Source: Nitrosarchaeum sp. (lineage in GTDB: Archaea > Thermoproteota > Nitrososphaeria > Nitrososphaerales > Nitrosopumilaceae). From it: a stretch of DNA of 64,000 nucleotides. This document shows positions 32,126 through 42,962 of the stretch, in pieces. The notes beneath the pieces were generated by a model. That model did no database searches. It was not told the origin of the DNA and saw only the letters and a program-made list of their open reading frames with translations. A program made the position numbers and the translations under genes. The stretch is from positions 928,001 to 992,000 of the forward strand of contig OZ245020.1 in NCBI GenBank assembly GCA_965223865.1, in the 5' to 3' direction. The first letter of the stretch is position 1, and each line of letters starts with the position of its first letter.

Positions 32126-32278
32126 TTAAATTAAGTCTTCATCCATTTTTTGGATGGGATCTAGATATTGTTGACAGGTACAATTTGGAATTTGGCATTT
32201 TCCCATTCTTATTAATGATGTACTTTCCTTAGATGGGATGTGAACCTCGTTTGTATGGTGACATCTTTTACAGTTCAT
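32126..32278 (-). CDS. Cys/His-rich microprotein (50 aa), not in ORF track
   Basis: MNCKRCHHTNEVHIPSKESTSLIRMGKCQIPNCTCQQYLDPIQKMDEDLI. Confidence 0.72.
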   Translation of the reverse strand: MNCKRCHHTNEVHIPSKESTSLIRMGKCQIPNCTCQQYLDPIQKMDEDLI

Positions 32279-32320
32279 TAATCATTGTTCTTTGATTGAT
32301 TATTTAATTCAGACCAACGA

Positions 32321-33354
32321 TCATGGAATGAGCACTGCTCTTGCTTTGATTTCTGAATTTTTCAATTTTTTTAGAACTTCGTTGGCTTTCTCTAAAGGAA
32401 AGGTCTCTGTAACTACTTCGATATTTTTTTTATCACAAATTTTTATTACTTGCTCCATGTCTTTTGTAGAACCAATCAACGTTCCTCTGATTGTTTTTTC
32501 TTCAAATGCTAAAAATGATGGATTTTTGCCAACTGTTGCAATAACTATCATTCCTCCTTTTTTTACTGCTTTAATGGCAGTATCTGTAACAATGTCTGCT
32601 GGCGCAAACACAATTGCTGCATCCAGCATCCGTACTTCTCTTTGATCTTTTTTAACAATTCTTTTTGGTTTTCTAAAAAAATCATAGTGTCTTTTGCACC
32701 TAATCTTTTTGCGACATCTAGATGGTTTTGTGAACGTGAAAATGCTATTACTTCTGCACCCTCTATATTTGCAAATTGAACTGCCATATGTCCTACTCCT
32801 CCAATCCCAAATATTCCAATTTTTTTATGTGATTTTGGTTCTGCAGCTTTAACTGCCTTGTAAGCAGTAATTCCAGCACAAAATAATGGCGCCGCATATT
32901 CTGCCTTCATATTTTGAGGAATTTTTGTGGCAAACTCTTCTGATACTGTGATATATTCTGTATATCCTCCTCTGAATGATTCACCTGTAACTTCTGATGA
33001 TTCACAGAGATACTCTTTTCCTTCTTTACAGTATTGGCATTTTTTGCAGGCTTCAAGTAGTGGTGTTATTCCTGCTCTATCTCCAACTTTGAATTTGGTT
33101 ACATCTTTTCCAATTTCTATGACTTGACCTACCACTTCATGTCCTGGAACTGTAGGTAGTGTTGGAGGAATTCCAATATCTTTCCAATCTCCCTCAATGC
33201 CATGAAGTTGAGAATGACAAACTCCGCAGGCTTCAATTTTAAGCAGAATCTCATTTGATTTTTTTATTTCATGCTTATCAATTTGTAATAATTTTAATGG
33301 ATTTGTTTCTACAGGAGCACATTCAGATAGTACCATGGCTCGCATTTTTTCCAT
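32321..33354 (-). pseudogene. adh: Zn-dependent alcohol dehydrogenase, one frameshift near 32630 (or sequencing error)
   Basis: CGVCHS, GHE, CxxCxxCx7C, GIGGVG; TAC GG[.] ATG CTG joins the two ORFs. Confidence 0.85.
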
Positions 33355-33496
33355 ATTGCTTTGTTTTTACTATGAGATTTTAATATTCGCAATGAGAAAA
33401 TTTATTCAAAATAATACCGATCATCTGAATCAAATATGTGTAAAATTAAATTGAATATACCCTTAGAAAAATAAAGGTGCTTGATTTTATTATTTC

Positions 33497-33730
33497 ATGG
33501 TGGATGAAATTACTGCTGAAGATCGAGAACGTGTTAAACTTTTGCACCTGGTTTCAAGTTCTAAAAACGAATTCAAAAAATTATCTATTGAACAACTAAA
33601 AAGATTGCAGGAATTAATTGAGAAAAAAGATTATAGCCACAACAAAAAGGCCCATAAATCTAAAGTAAAATTGCTTGCAAAAATTAATGTCCGTATTTAT
33701 GAATTAGAAGAAGGAAAGGGAATTTTCTAA
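33497..33730 (+). CDS. Conserved hypothetical protein
   Basis: 77 aa basic helical ORF. Confidence 0.7.
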   Translation: MVDEITAEDRERVKLLHLVSSSKNEFKKLSIEQLKRLQELIEKKDYSHNKKAHKSKVKLLAKINVRIYELEEGKGIF

Positions 33731-33765
33731 ACCTAACCAATTAAGTACAAATACTGAAAAGAAGG

Positions 33766-35802
33766 TTGACTAGCGTGGTTGAAAACAATCTCATCAATGA
33801 AACAAGTCCTTATCTTCTTCAACATGCTCACAATCCAGTCCAATGGTATGCATGGAATGATGAAGCACTAAAAAAAGCAAAAGATGAAAATAAACCCATT
33901 TTTTTGAGTATTGGTTATAGTTCCTGCCATTGGTGCCATGTTATGGCGCATGAATCTTTTGAAAATGATGATATTGCACAATTTATGAATGAAAATTTTG
34001 TAAACATCAAGGTCGATAGAGAGGAGAGGCCAGATATTGATGATATTTATCAAAAAGTTTGTCAAATTGCAACAGGACAAGGTGGATGGCCGCTAAGCAT
34101 ATTTCTTACTCCTGATCAAAAACCATTCTATGTTGGTACATACTTTCCTATTTTGGATTCATATGGACGTCCAGGATTTGGAAGCATTACAAGACAATTG
34201 GCGCAAGCTTGGAAAGAAAAACCAAAAGACATTGAAAAAACTGCAGAAAATTTTCTAGATGCGTTACAAAAAACTGAATCAATTAAAATTTCATCCAAGC
34301 TAGAAAAAAGTATTCTTGATGAAGCGGCTATGAACCTGTACCAATTAGGTGATTCTGCTTATGGGGGATTTGGGTCTGCACCAAAATTTCCAAATGCGGC
34401 AAATGTGTCGTTTTTGTTTCGTTATGCAAAACTCTCTGGATTATCAAAATTCAACGAATTTGCGCTTAAAACACTCAATAAAATGGCAAAGGGTGGGATT
34501 TTTGATCAGATAGGTGGGGGATTTCATAGGTATTCAACTGATACTAAATGGCTTGTACCACATTTTGAAAAGATGTTATATGATAATGCATTGATTCCTG
34601 TAAATTACATTGAAGCATATCAAATTACTAAAGATCCCTTCTACCTTGAGGTGCTTAAAAAAACTCTAGATTTTGTTTTGCGTGAAATGACTTCAAGTGA
34701 TGGTGGATTTTATTCTGCATATGATGCAGATTCTGAAGGGATTGAAGGAAAGTTTTACGTTTGGAAAAAAAGTGAAATTAAAGAAGTCTTAGGAGATGAT
34801 GCAGATATATTCTGTTTATTTTATGACGTAACAGATGGTGGAAATTGGGAAGGAAATAACATTCTATGCAATAATATTAACAAATCTACTGTTGCCTTTA
34901 ACTTTGGGATCTCCGAAGATAGAGTACAAGAAATTTTAAACTCTTACTCTAAAAAATTACTTGCTGTTCGTTCAAACAGAATTTCACCTGACCTAGATGA
35001 TAAAATTTTGACCTCTTGGAATTCTCTTATGATTACTGCTTTTGCTAAAGGATTTCGCGTTACAAATGACCAAAAATACTTGGATGCTGCAATCAATTGT
35101 ATTTCTTTTATTGAAACTAATCTTTTATCTGATGAAAAATTATTGCGAACTTTCAAAAATAATACTGCAAAAATTGATGGATATTTGGAAGATTATGCTT
35201 ATTTTGTAAATGCTTTGCTAGATGTTTTTGAGATTAAACCTGATTTGAAATATCTGAATTTGGGAAAAAAGCTAGGACACCATTTAATTGATCACTTTTG
35301 GGATGAAGCAAATAACAGCTTTTACATGACATCTGACAATCATGAAAAACTGATCATTAGGCCCAAAAACAATTATGACCTTTCGTTACCATCTGGAAAT
35401 TCTGTTTCATCATTTGTAATGTTACGATTATATCATTTAACACAGGATACACAATTTCTTGAAATTTCTACAAAAGTTATGGAATCTCAAGCACAAGTAG
35501 CTGCTGAAAATCCTTTTGGCTTTGGATTTCTCTTAAATACAATTTTCACATACTTGCAAAAACCAACTGAAATAACAGTACTAAATGATGAAAATACTCA
35601 AATTTGCAACTATCTTTACACAAAATTTTTACCAGAGTCTATTTTGCTGACTGTTCAAAACAAATTACAATTAGAGAATCTATCGTCATTTGCCTTTTTT
35701 GAGGGAAAAACTTTTGAGGATAAAACAAATGTTTTTGTTTGCAAAGATTTTATTTGTTCATTGCCCCTGCATACAATTGAGGATATTGAATCCCATCTCT
35801 AG
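33766..35802 (+). CDS. YyaL/DUF255 thioredoxin-domain protein with (alpha/alpha)6 barrel
   Basis: [37 protein letters not shown]. Confidence 0.93.
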   Translation: MTSVVENNLINETSPYLLQHAHNPVQWYAWNDEALKKAKDENKPIFLSIGYSSCHWCHVMAHESFENDDIAQFMNENFVNIKVDREERPDIDDIYQKVCQIATGQGGWPLSIFLTPDQKPFYVGTYFPILDSYGRPGFGSITRQLAQAWKEKPKDIEKTAENFLDALQKTESIKISSKLEKSILDEAAMNLYQLGDSAYGGFGSAPKFPNAANVSFLFRYAKLSGLSKFNEFALKTLNKMAKGGIFDQIGGGFHRYSTDTKWLVPHFEKMLYDNALIPVNYIEAYQITKDPFYLEVLKKTLDFVLREMTSSDGGFYSAYDADSEGIEGKFYVWKKSEIKEVLGDDADIFCLFYDVTDGGNWEGNNILCNNINKSTVAFNFGISEDRVQEILNSYSKKLLAVRSNRISPDLDDKILTSWNSLMITAFAKGFRVTNDQKYLDAAINCISFIETNLLSDEKLLRTFKNNTAKIDGYLEDYAYFVNALLDVFEIKPDLKYLNLGKKLGHHLIDHFWDEANNSFYMTSDNHEKLIIRPKNNYDLSLPSGNSVSSFVMLRLYHLTQDTQFLEISTKVMESQAQVAAENPFGFGFLLNTIFTYLQKPTEITVLNDENTQICNYLYTKFLPESILLTVQNKLQLENLSSFAFFEGKTFEDKTNVFVCKDFICSLPLHTIEDIESHL

Positions 35803-36119
35803 ATCTTTCTCAAATTGATTTCTATGGTGCTACCTACTTGAGGTTTACCAATATTTTCATATCTTGATTTTGGCATTGCAATTGTAATCTGGGTTTGTTG
35901 ATATGTTTTGATATTTACCGTGGGCTGAGCTTGTAAAATAGCTTCTAGTAAAGGCATTACCTGCTCTTTTGTCTCTGAATCTATTTTTTTTGAAACGTTT
36001 TCAATAATCATCTGTTTTTGTGAAATTGGTTCAGTTGAAACATTTTCTACTAAAGTTAATTGAATTATCTGACCATTATCCACAAGCTGAGTAATCTTAA
36101 ATTCGTTTGTAGCTGACAA
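35799..36119 (-). CDS. Hypothetical protein
   Basis: ORF ending [11 protein letters not shown]; start set at TTG 36119. Confidence 0.65.
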   Translation of the reverse strand: MSATNEFKITQLVDNGQIIQLTLVENVSTEPISQKQMIIENVSKKIDSETKEQVMPLLEAILQAQPTVNIKTYQQTQITIAMPKSRYENIGKPQVGSTIEINLRKI

Positions 36120-36150
36120 TGTTTTGATTTGAATGATAGAGGATTTATCT

Positions 36151-36243
36151 TTATTGTATAGCAAAATACAATGCAACAACAGCTGTAGCAACTGCTGATC
36201 CTACTCCTAACCCAAAAATAATTTTGCTCCCATCGACTTTCAT
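36151..36243 (-). CDS. 30-aa single-TM microprotein, not in ORF track
   Basis: MKVDGSKIIFGLGVGSAVATAVVALYFAIQ. Confidence 0.55.
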   Translation of the reverse strand: MKVDGSKIIFGLGVGSAVATAVVALYFAIQ

Positions 36244-36423
36244 AATTTTTCTTGTATCAAATTAAATTAAACTGTACCGATATCTGTTCTTACTTGTTTC
36301 TCATTATTGATTTCAATTGTGCTTTTAAAAAGTGCTAGTATGACTCCAATAATGCGATGTCAAAATGTGATTATTTGAGAGATCAAATGTTGGAGAATAT
36401 TCAGTGAATTCTCAAATAAAAAT

Positions 36424-36741
36424 TCAAATTTCTTTGGTTGGCTCTTCTTCGTTTTGTTGTTTTGGAGGTACTAAAATGGCTTTTTTAATCAAAGGGGCTC
36501 TTTCTTTTATTATCTGATTAAACTCTCTCATATCGTCTAGTCCTGGATTTTGTTGCTGATTTTGATATGCTTGCAGAAACCCCGAATATACACATCCAGT
36601 AATTATTCCAAATGCGGTATCTGGGACTGATTCAATTTCAGGAACAAAATTCTCTGCAATTTGCTTGTAAGATTCTGATTCACTAATGTAATAATCAATT
36701 AGACTATCTATGAAATCTCTGTTTTCTTTTGAAATTGCCAT
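36424..36741 (-). CDS. Conserved hypothetical protein
   Basis: ORF with DTAFGIITG motif. Confidence 0.7.
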   Translation of the reverse strand: MAISKENRDFIDSLIDYYISESESYKQIAENFVPEIESVPDTAFGIITGCVYSGFLQAYQNQQQNPGLDDMREFNQIIKERAPLIKKAILVPPKQQNEEEPTKEI

Positions 36742-36811
36742 ACTTTTCAACTCTTTGTTTATTATTTAATTTCATCAGTAACTTGTTTATTTATTCCTGT
36801 TCTGTTCGTAA

Positions 36812-37270
36812 TTGTTGTGGAAATTAGATCTAGATGAAGGGTTTTATCGAATTTATGATTCTAAAAAAATGATAGCCGGATATTTTGATCCTGACTATGG
36901 AGAAATTTATCCTAAAGAAAACTCTGAAGAGATTATTTCACACATGATAAAAAACAAAGATAAAATTCTTGGTGGCTTTCTGATGGTGCCTCTTGTAAAG
37001 TTTGGATTGTTTGATACTGATTTGGATGTAAATATTGTAGAACTAGGTTCTCAAATCAACCGAGTAAAAACCCACTTGGATAAATGGAATGATTTTATCT
37101 CTAAAACAAATAATCACATTCATTCCGTTAGGATTTCTCATACTGATCAAGATATGCTTACAATTACATTTCCGATTAGGTTTTCAGAGCCTACTCCTTT
37201 GGATAAAAATCTAATTCTTAAAGAAATTGAGTCTACTTTGAATCTGTTGCAGAAATTAACTTTGTTGTAG
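36812..37270 (+). CDS. Hypothetical protein
   Basis: 152 aa ORF with globular composition. Confidence 0.7.
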   Translation: MLWKLDLDEGFYRIYDSKKMIAGYFDPDYGEIYPKENSEEIISHMIKNKDKILGGFLMVPLVKFGLFDTDLDVNIVELGSQINRVKTHLDKWNDFISKTNNHIHSVRISHTDQDMLTITFPIRFSEPTPLDKNLILKEIESTLNLLQKLTLL

Positions 37271-37991
37271 TTCTTCCAGAAAACCTTGTAATTCCAATGT
37301 ATGCCGATAAAGATCCTCCTAATAGAATAAGTGAGCCTATTGGAAATTCTGGAACAGATGCATATTCTTCTGATTCTGCAACCAATGAATAGTCTTGAAT
37401 TTCCATTGTTTGAGACTTGTCTGGAATTGTTACCAGGAAAAATATCTCATCCCCTGTCCTGAGGTAATCTGGTTCAGGATGACTTCGAGACACTGCTGCA
37501 ACATTTCCGTCCTTGTCATAAATGGTTGCAATAACTACAACTGTATTTGCTGTAATTTCTCCTTTGTTTGTAACTTTTCCTTTGATCATTAGGTTATTGA
37601 GGTTATCCCTTGATAATTCTGATGACGTGATATCAATAACTTGGCTTTTTGGTGCACCAATCTTATAGCTTACATCTAACAGATATGACTTTGTTTTTTC
37701 TGATTCTGAATCCGTTAAGATGAAATCAAAAGGCCCTTTCATTTCTGGCATAATGATGTTTACCAAAGAGGTTGTTTCTTTAGTGGTAATAATTTGATGA
37801 TATTCATCAAAGAGTATTACATTGATGGTAATCTGATTTAATGGGACATCCAGATTATTGAAAATTTCCCCCACTATGTGAAGTGTTCCATCATCTCCTA
37901 AATACTTCTGATCATTTTGAATGGAAACCTCTCCAAAGGCCATAGGCATAAGTCCACAAAACACCAATAAAATTAAAAAAATTGTCTTCAC
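37233..37991 (-). CDS. FxLYD/DUF3426-like domain protein with PEF-CTERM
   Basis: Signal peptide; two IVGE..N/LFD-type domains; SVPEFP plus TM. Confidence 0.75.
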   Translation of the reverse strand: MKTIFLILLVFCGLMPMAFGEVSIQNDQKYLGDDGTLHIVGEIFNNLDVPLNQITINVILFDEYHQIITTKETTSLVNIIMPEMKGPFDFILTDSESEKTKSYLLDVSYKIGAPKSQVIDITSSELSRDNLNNLMIKGKVTNKGEITANTVVVIATIYDKDGNVAAVSRSHPEPDYLRTGDEIFFLVTIPDKSQTMEIQDYSLVAESEEYASVPEFPIGSLILLGGSLSAYIGITRFSGRTTTKLISATDSK

Positions 37992-38029
37992 ACTATTGAT
38001 TCTACATTTCTCTAAATAAGTTTGCACAA

Positions 38030-38710
38030 CTAGGGAAGATGTTCAATCTTCCATGTGTCAGCTTCGCTCAAACATTTTTCTAATTCTTTTTGATTTAATT
38101 TTGGTTCTTGCTCGATTCCATATTCTTGATGGCATTTTTCTTTCATGTTTTTCCAAATTTTATCTACTTTGTCTGTAACATCTGTTTTAGGAGCTTCAAA
38201 TTTTCCAGGCGTATCGTATTCCTTCACTCCGCTCTTTGCAGCATTAAACTCTGCTAGTGCCATCATTTCATAATCAAATGATTCTTGTAACAATGAATCT
38301 GATCTTATCTTGTTTGATTCTTGTTTGTTTTTAATCCATTCTGTAAATTCTCTGTCACTTTCTAACTGTGATTGTGTTGATAACTTGAAAAGCTCCACTG
38401 AAGCACTAAACATTTCTGGCGGGCTTAATTTATCATATTTTCCAATGGTGCCTTCTAATTTCTGAAAATGCGATTCTGAATAATCTAGTAATTTAGTCAA
38501 ATCTAGATCTCCTTCCTGCCATTGTGTAATTTTTGAGTTAAATTCTATTTGAATCTGTTTTACTTCTCCTTGAATTTTTTGCAACTCATTTCCAAATTCC
38601 AATCCTTTTTGTTTTGTTTGATCTACAGAATAATTGTATCCTACAATTGCTCCGATTATAATTATTGCAATAGCCGCTAAAACAATATTTTGTTTTTTAC
38701 TTTTTTTCAA
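38030..38710 (-). CDS. Membrane-anchored helical hypothetical protein
   Basis: Basic N-terminus, TM helix, coiled helical domain. Confidence 0.7.
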   Translation of the reverse strand: MKKSKKQNIVLAAIAIIIIGAIVGYNYSVDQTKQKGLEFGNELQKIQGEVKQIQIEFNSKITQWQEGDLDLTKLLDYSESHFQKLEGTIGKYDKLSPPEMFSASVELFKLSTQSQLESDREFTEWIKNKQESNKIRSDSLLQESFDYEMMALAEFNAAKSGVKEYDTPGKFEAPKTDVTDKVDKIWKNMKEKCHQEYGIEQEPKLNQKELEKCLSEADTWKIEHLP

Positions 38711-38776
38711 AATCAGTCTAAAATATTTTAATTTTCTAGTTCTATTAAAACGGTAATTTGCCTCAATTTGAGTAAT

Positions 38777-38806
38777 TCATGAATGATCATGAATGATCAT
38801 GAATGA
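38777..38806. repeat. Perfect tandem repeat (TCATGAATGA)x3
   Basis: Read directly in the divergent intergenic region. Confidence 0.9.
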
Positions 38807-38943
38807 GAACATTATACTTTTAGGATCATACTATTTTTTTCTAAATCTCATTAGTTATTTTCAACAACAATTCTTCTTGATGTTTGTTTTTTACTTGTTG
38901 TAAAAAATAAAATTTGAGCCGACTCATAATTTGTATGTGAGCT

Positions 38944-39798
38944 ATGAAAGAAAATATCGATAAATTTCCAAAAATAGGAACTGTAGTAATTGCTCGAAAT
39001 GAAGCAGAAAATATTCATGAAACTCTGTCTGCACTTGTCGCACAAACAATACCCTTAAGACAAATCATACTAGTTGATGATAATTCTATTGATGATACAG
39101 TAAAAATTGCTAGAAATTTTGATGTTGAGATTTTGAGTTTTCCTGAAATCCATGACAATTGGGTCACACGTCCAGAACTTGCCAAAGTTTTCAATTATGG
39201 TCTAAAAAAATTAGATGTTGATAATCTTGATTTTATTTCCATAGTTGGTGCTGATCATATTCTGTCAAGTGATTATTTTGAACAAATAACTAGAAGAATG
39301 ATAAAAGACGATTCAGTTGTAGCTTCTGGTGCAATTAAAGACGAAATAGCAACTGCACCAAGAGGATCAGGACGAGTAATTAGTAAAGAATATTGGAAAA
39401 AAATAGGATCTAAATTACCAGTAAATTATGGCTATGAAACTTATGTTTACGTAAAGGCAATGCAGTTGGGGTTTAATGTGAGTTATTATGATGATATAAT
39501 AACAAAAACCTCAAGAAAAACTGCAATCACCTACAAGCCCATCATGTTTTATCATTATGGATATGCTATGCGAGCACTTGGTTATCCTTTGTTACATACA
39601 TTTCTAAGATCCTTGCTGTTGCTAAAACGTGGAAAAGGATTGAAAAGTTTCAGATTATTTTTACAAGGATATTTTTCAAATAAGGACACCTTTTATGAGG
39701 ATTCACTAAGAAATTTTGTGTCTAAAAGATACAATACAAGACATGTACTTTCCAACCCTACCGATAAAATACGGAGATTTATGAAAACAAAGTACTGA
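38944..39798 (+). CDS. Glycosyltransferase family 2
   Basis: VIARNE, LVDDNSIDDT, GADHIL (DxD variant). Confidence 0.85.
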   Translation: MKENIDKFPKIGTVVIARNEAENIHETLSALVAQTIPLRQIILVDDNSIDDTVKIARNFDVEILSFPEIHDNWVTRPELAKVFNYGLKKLDVDNLDFISIVGADHILSSDYFEQITRRMIKDDSVVASGAIKDEIATAPRGSGRVISKEYWKKIGSKLPVNYGYETYVYVKAMQLGFNVSYYDDIITKTSRKTAITYKPIMFYHYGYAMRALGYPLLHTFLRSLLLLKRGKGLKSFRLFLQGYFSNKDTFYEDSLRNFVSKRYNTRHVLSNPTDKIRRFMKTKY

Positions 39799-39880
39799 TT
39801 TTAAAGTTTGAATAAATTCTGGTTGTTGATTTAATTTAGCTACACAAACGTTTGATCATTATTAAATATGATAAAGTTAT

Positions 39881-40927
39881 TTGAAATACCATCTCATGCA
39901 TACTCATTGTTTTGCCATTCCACCATACATTTTAGAAAACATTGCTAAGAAAGGAACAAAAATAGACCAGAATTCTGCGTTAAACACAATCTCAATTTCT
40001 GAGCAAATAAGGGGAAGACGAGAAGCACTAGGTTATCTATCATCCCTTTTGGCTATCTCTGGAAAAAAAGAACGAATGATATTTGATGCAAAGCATCGAA
40101 GACGCTTACCTGGAGAACTAATCATGTCTGAAGGCCACAAAATTAGGGCACCTAGTGTTTTTGCAGATGAAGCTTATCGATATTCTGGTGCAACATATGA
40201 TTTTTACGATCAAATCTTTGGAAGAAATTCTATCGATGACCAAGGAATGAGATTAGATTCTACTGTTCAATATGGTTACAAGTATAACAACGCTTTCTGG
40301 AATGGAAGTCAAATGGTATATGGTAACGGCGATGGTAAAATATTCCGGAGATTTACTCGTGCAATAGACATTGTTGCCCACGAGTTAACCCATGGAGTTA
40401 CTGACTTTGAAGCAGGATTGGTTTATCGAGATTTACCTGGTGCTCTTAATGAACACATGTCTGATGTCTTTGGGGCGTTAGTAAAACAACATTATAAAAA
40501 ACAAAAAGTTGACAAGGCTGATTGGTTGATTGGTAAAGGAATGTTTACTTGGAAAATAAATGGTGATGCTATACGTTCTATGAAAGCCCCAGGAACTGCA
40601 TATGATGATCCTCTAATAGGAAAGGATCCACAACCCTCTCACATGAAAGATTATAAAAAAATTCCTGAAGATAATGGTGGAGTTCATATCTACTCAGGTA
40701 TTGCAAATCATGCATTTTATCTTGCAGCAATGGATATAGGTGGATATGCTTGGGAAAAGGCCGGTAAGGTATGGTATATCGCATTAAGAGACAGATTAAG
40801 ACCCACTTCTGACTTTAAAGATGCTGCAATAAAGACTTCTGATGTAGCAGGTGATCTTTTTGGCACTAATAGTACTGAACAACTTGCAATCAAAAGAGCC
40901 TGGAAAGACGTCGGTGTAAAATTCTAA
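39881..40927 (+). CDS. Protealysin-like M4 metallopeptidase
   Basis: Short propeptide CFAIPPYIL, NNAFWNG, AHELTHG, ALNEHMSD, DNGGVH; no signal peptide. Confidence 0.93.
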   Translation: MKYHLMHTHCFAIPPYILENIAKKGTKIDQNSALNTISISEQIRGRREALGYLSSLLAISGKKERMIFDAKHRRRLPGELIMSEGHKIRAPSVFADEAYRYSGATYDFYDQIFGRNSIDDQGMRLDSTVQYGYKYNNAFWNGSQMVYGNGDGKIFRRFTRAIDIVAHELTHGVTDFEAGLVYRDLPGALNEHMSDVFGALVKQHYKKQKVDKADWLIGKGMFTWKINGDAIRSMKAPGTAYDDPLIGKDPQPSHMKDYKKIPEDNGGVHIYSGIANHAFYLAAMDIGGYAWEKAGKVWYIALRDRLRPTSDFKDAAIKTSDVAGDLFGTNSTEQLAIKRAWKDVGVKF

Positions 40928-40950
40928 TTCAATAAATTAGTTGATTTGTA

Positions 40951-41235
40951 TTGAAGATAAATTTTGAACGAAGCGGAGGTTTTGCAGGAATCACAAATTC
41001 TTGTGTAATTAATTATGAAAAACTCCCCTTAAATGAACAAAAACATCTACAAGAACTTTTGGAAAACACTAGAAATGAAAAAATAAAAAATCTGTCTCCA
41101 AAAAGTAAAGGTCGTGATTGTTTTCAATACCGTATTGTTATAGAAGATGGAGAAAAACTTACAATTACAGCAGATGAGCTTACAATGGATCCAAAACTAA
41201 GATTGCTAATTGATTTTTTAGAGACAAGGCTTTAA
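40951..41235 (+). CDS. Emfourin (protealysin inhibitor)
   Basis: ERSGGFAG and DCFQY motifs; immediately after the protealysin gene. Confidence 0.87.
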   Translation: MKINFERSGGFAGITNSCVINYEKLPLNEQKHLQELLENTRNEKIKNLSPKSKGRDCFQYRIVIEDGEKLTITADELTMDPKLRLLIDFLETRL

Positions 41236-41332
41236 AAAAATCACTAGTTGTCTAGATTTAATTTTTGCAAATTAGATAGTAATACTATCCTTTAAAATAG
41301 CCATAATACCTAAAAGATATTCTGTTTTTATC

Positions 41333-42868
41333 ATGTTATTGAAGAATCTGTTGTTTGTTTTGTTGACTTTTTCAATTATAATTCCACTAAATATACATGC
41401 ACAAGAATTAGATCCACTGCAAGAGGCAAATCTGTCATTTTCCTATCCATATACTATTAGTATGTCTGAAAGCTTTGCAGATTTAATATCCGTAGCAGAA
41501 CAACAAGGAGAAGTACGGGTAATAATTTCACTTGATGTTCCTATTTCCTTAGAGGGTGAGATGGAAGGCTTGCAGGCAATACAAAATCAGCAACAAGCAA
41601 TACAAACTGCCCAGCAGGATATAATGGAACAACTGTCTGCATCAAATGCTCTGAGTGCTGACACTTATCAATTCAAACATGTCCCATACCTTAGCACCAC
41701 TGCAAACCCTGAATCTCTAAATATATTACAATCATCTCCAATGGTGACTGAAATAACCAGAGATATTGCATTTCCTTTACTTCTTAACCAAAGCAACAAT
41801 ATCATTGGAGCAGATAAGGTATGGTCTAAATCTTTTGATGGTGTTGGGTATACTGGAAAAGGTCAGCAAATTGCAATATTGGATACTGGAGTAGACAAGA
41901 ATCACTCATTTCTTTCTGGAAAAATAATTTCAGAAGCATGTTACTCATCCACGGTACCATCTGATGGTTCTACTAGTCTTTGTCCTGGTGGTGTACTCGA
42001 ATCAACTCAAACTGATTCAGGATTACCATGCCCCTCATCTATTGCAGGTTGTGATCATGGAACACATGTGGCGGGAATTGCTGCTGGTGGTTCATTTATG
42101 TTAGGAAACGAATATCATGGAGTTGCTCGAGACGCTGAAATAATCCCAATCCAGGTATTCTCACAATTTAACAATCCATTGAGCTGTTTCTTTCAGGCAC
42201 CTTGTGTACTGAGTTATACCTCAGATCAGATGAAAGCACTAGAAAGAGTACTTGATCTAAGCCAGGATCCAGAAATGAACATATCCTCAATTAACATGAG
42301 TCTTGGTGGAGGGCAATTCAATTCAGTTTGTGATGATCAGCCACTAAAACCATTAATTGATCAGTTAAGATCTGTGGGTGTTGTTACTGTTATAGCGTCT
42401 GGAAACAATGGCTTTTCTGATTCTATTAGTGCCCCTGCATGTATTTCATCTGCAATTAGTGTTGGATCCACTACAAAGAGTGATTCTGTTTCATCTTTTA
42501 GTAATTCTGCAAACATTTTAGATTTACTGGCTCCGGGAAGCAACATTATTTCTTCTATTCTAAATAACCAATTTGCAACAAAGAGCGGCACATCAATGGC
42601 AACACCACATGTCGCAGGTGCATGGGCTCTAATTAAAGAAAAAGTACCTGATGCAACGGTGCAAGATAGTTTGGATATTCTCAAGAGTACTGGAACTCAA
42701 ATTACAGATCCTCGAAATGGTATAACATTCACACGAATTCAGTTAGATGAGGCAGTCAAAGTAATACCTGAGTTCCCCATAGTGTTTTTGACATTTGCAG
42801 TATCAATAATGTTTTCAATTTTTGTTTTGATCAAGAAAAACCGTCTGAATTTAACACATAATTATTAA
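41333..42868 (+). CDS. S8 subtilisin-like serine protease with PEF-CTERM anchor
   Basis: ILDTG, HGTHVAG, GTSMATPHVAG triad; signal peptide and prodomain; IPEFP plus TM and KK. Confidence 0.92.
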   Translation: MLLKNLLFVLLTFSIIIPLNIHAQELDPLQEANLSFSYPYTISMSESFADLISVAEQQGEVRVIISLDVPISLEGEMEGLQAIQNQQQAIQTAQQDIMEQLSASNALSADTYQFKHVPYLSTTANPESLNILQSSPMVTEITRDIAFPLLLNQSNNIIGADKVWSKSFDGVGYTGKGQQIAILDTGVDKNHSFLSGKIISEACYSSTVPSDGSTSLCPGGVLESTQTDSGLPCPSSIAGCDHGTHVAGIAAGGSFMLGNEYHGVARDAEIIPIQVFSQFNNPLSCFFQAPCVLSYTSDQMKALERVLDLSQDPEMNISSINMSLGGGQFNSVCDDQPLKPLIDQLRSVGVVTVIASGNNGFSDSISAPACISSAISVGSTTKSDSVSSFSNSANILDLLAPGSNIISSILNNQFATKSGTSMATPHVAGAWALIKEKVPDATVQDSLDILKSTGTQITDPRNGITFTRIQLDEAVKVIPEFPIVFLTFAVSIMFSIFVLIKKNRLNLTHNY

Positions 42869-42962
42869 ATCAGAAAAATTGAATTTCACCTTGAATTAGA
42901 GAAAATCTTACTTGTGAGGATCTGGGTTTAAGAGTTTAATACTATTTTGAGAATGTTTCTAG

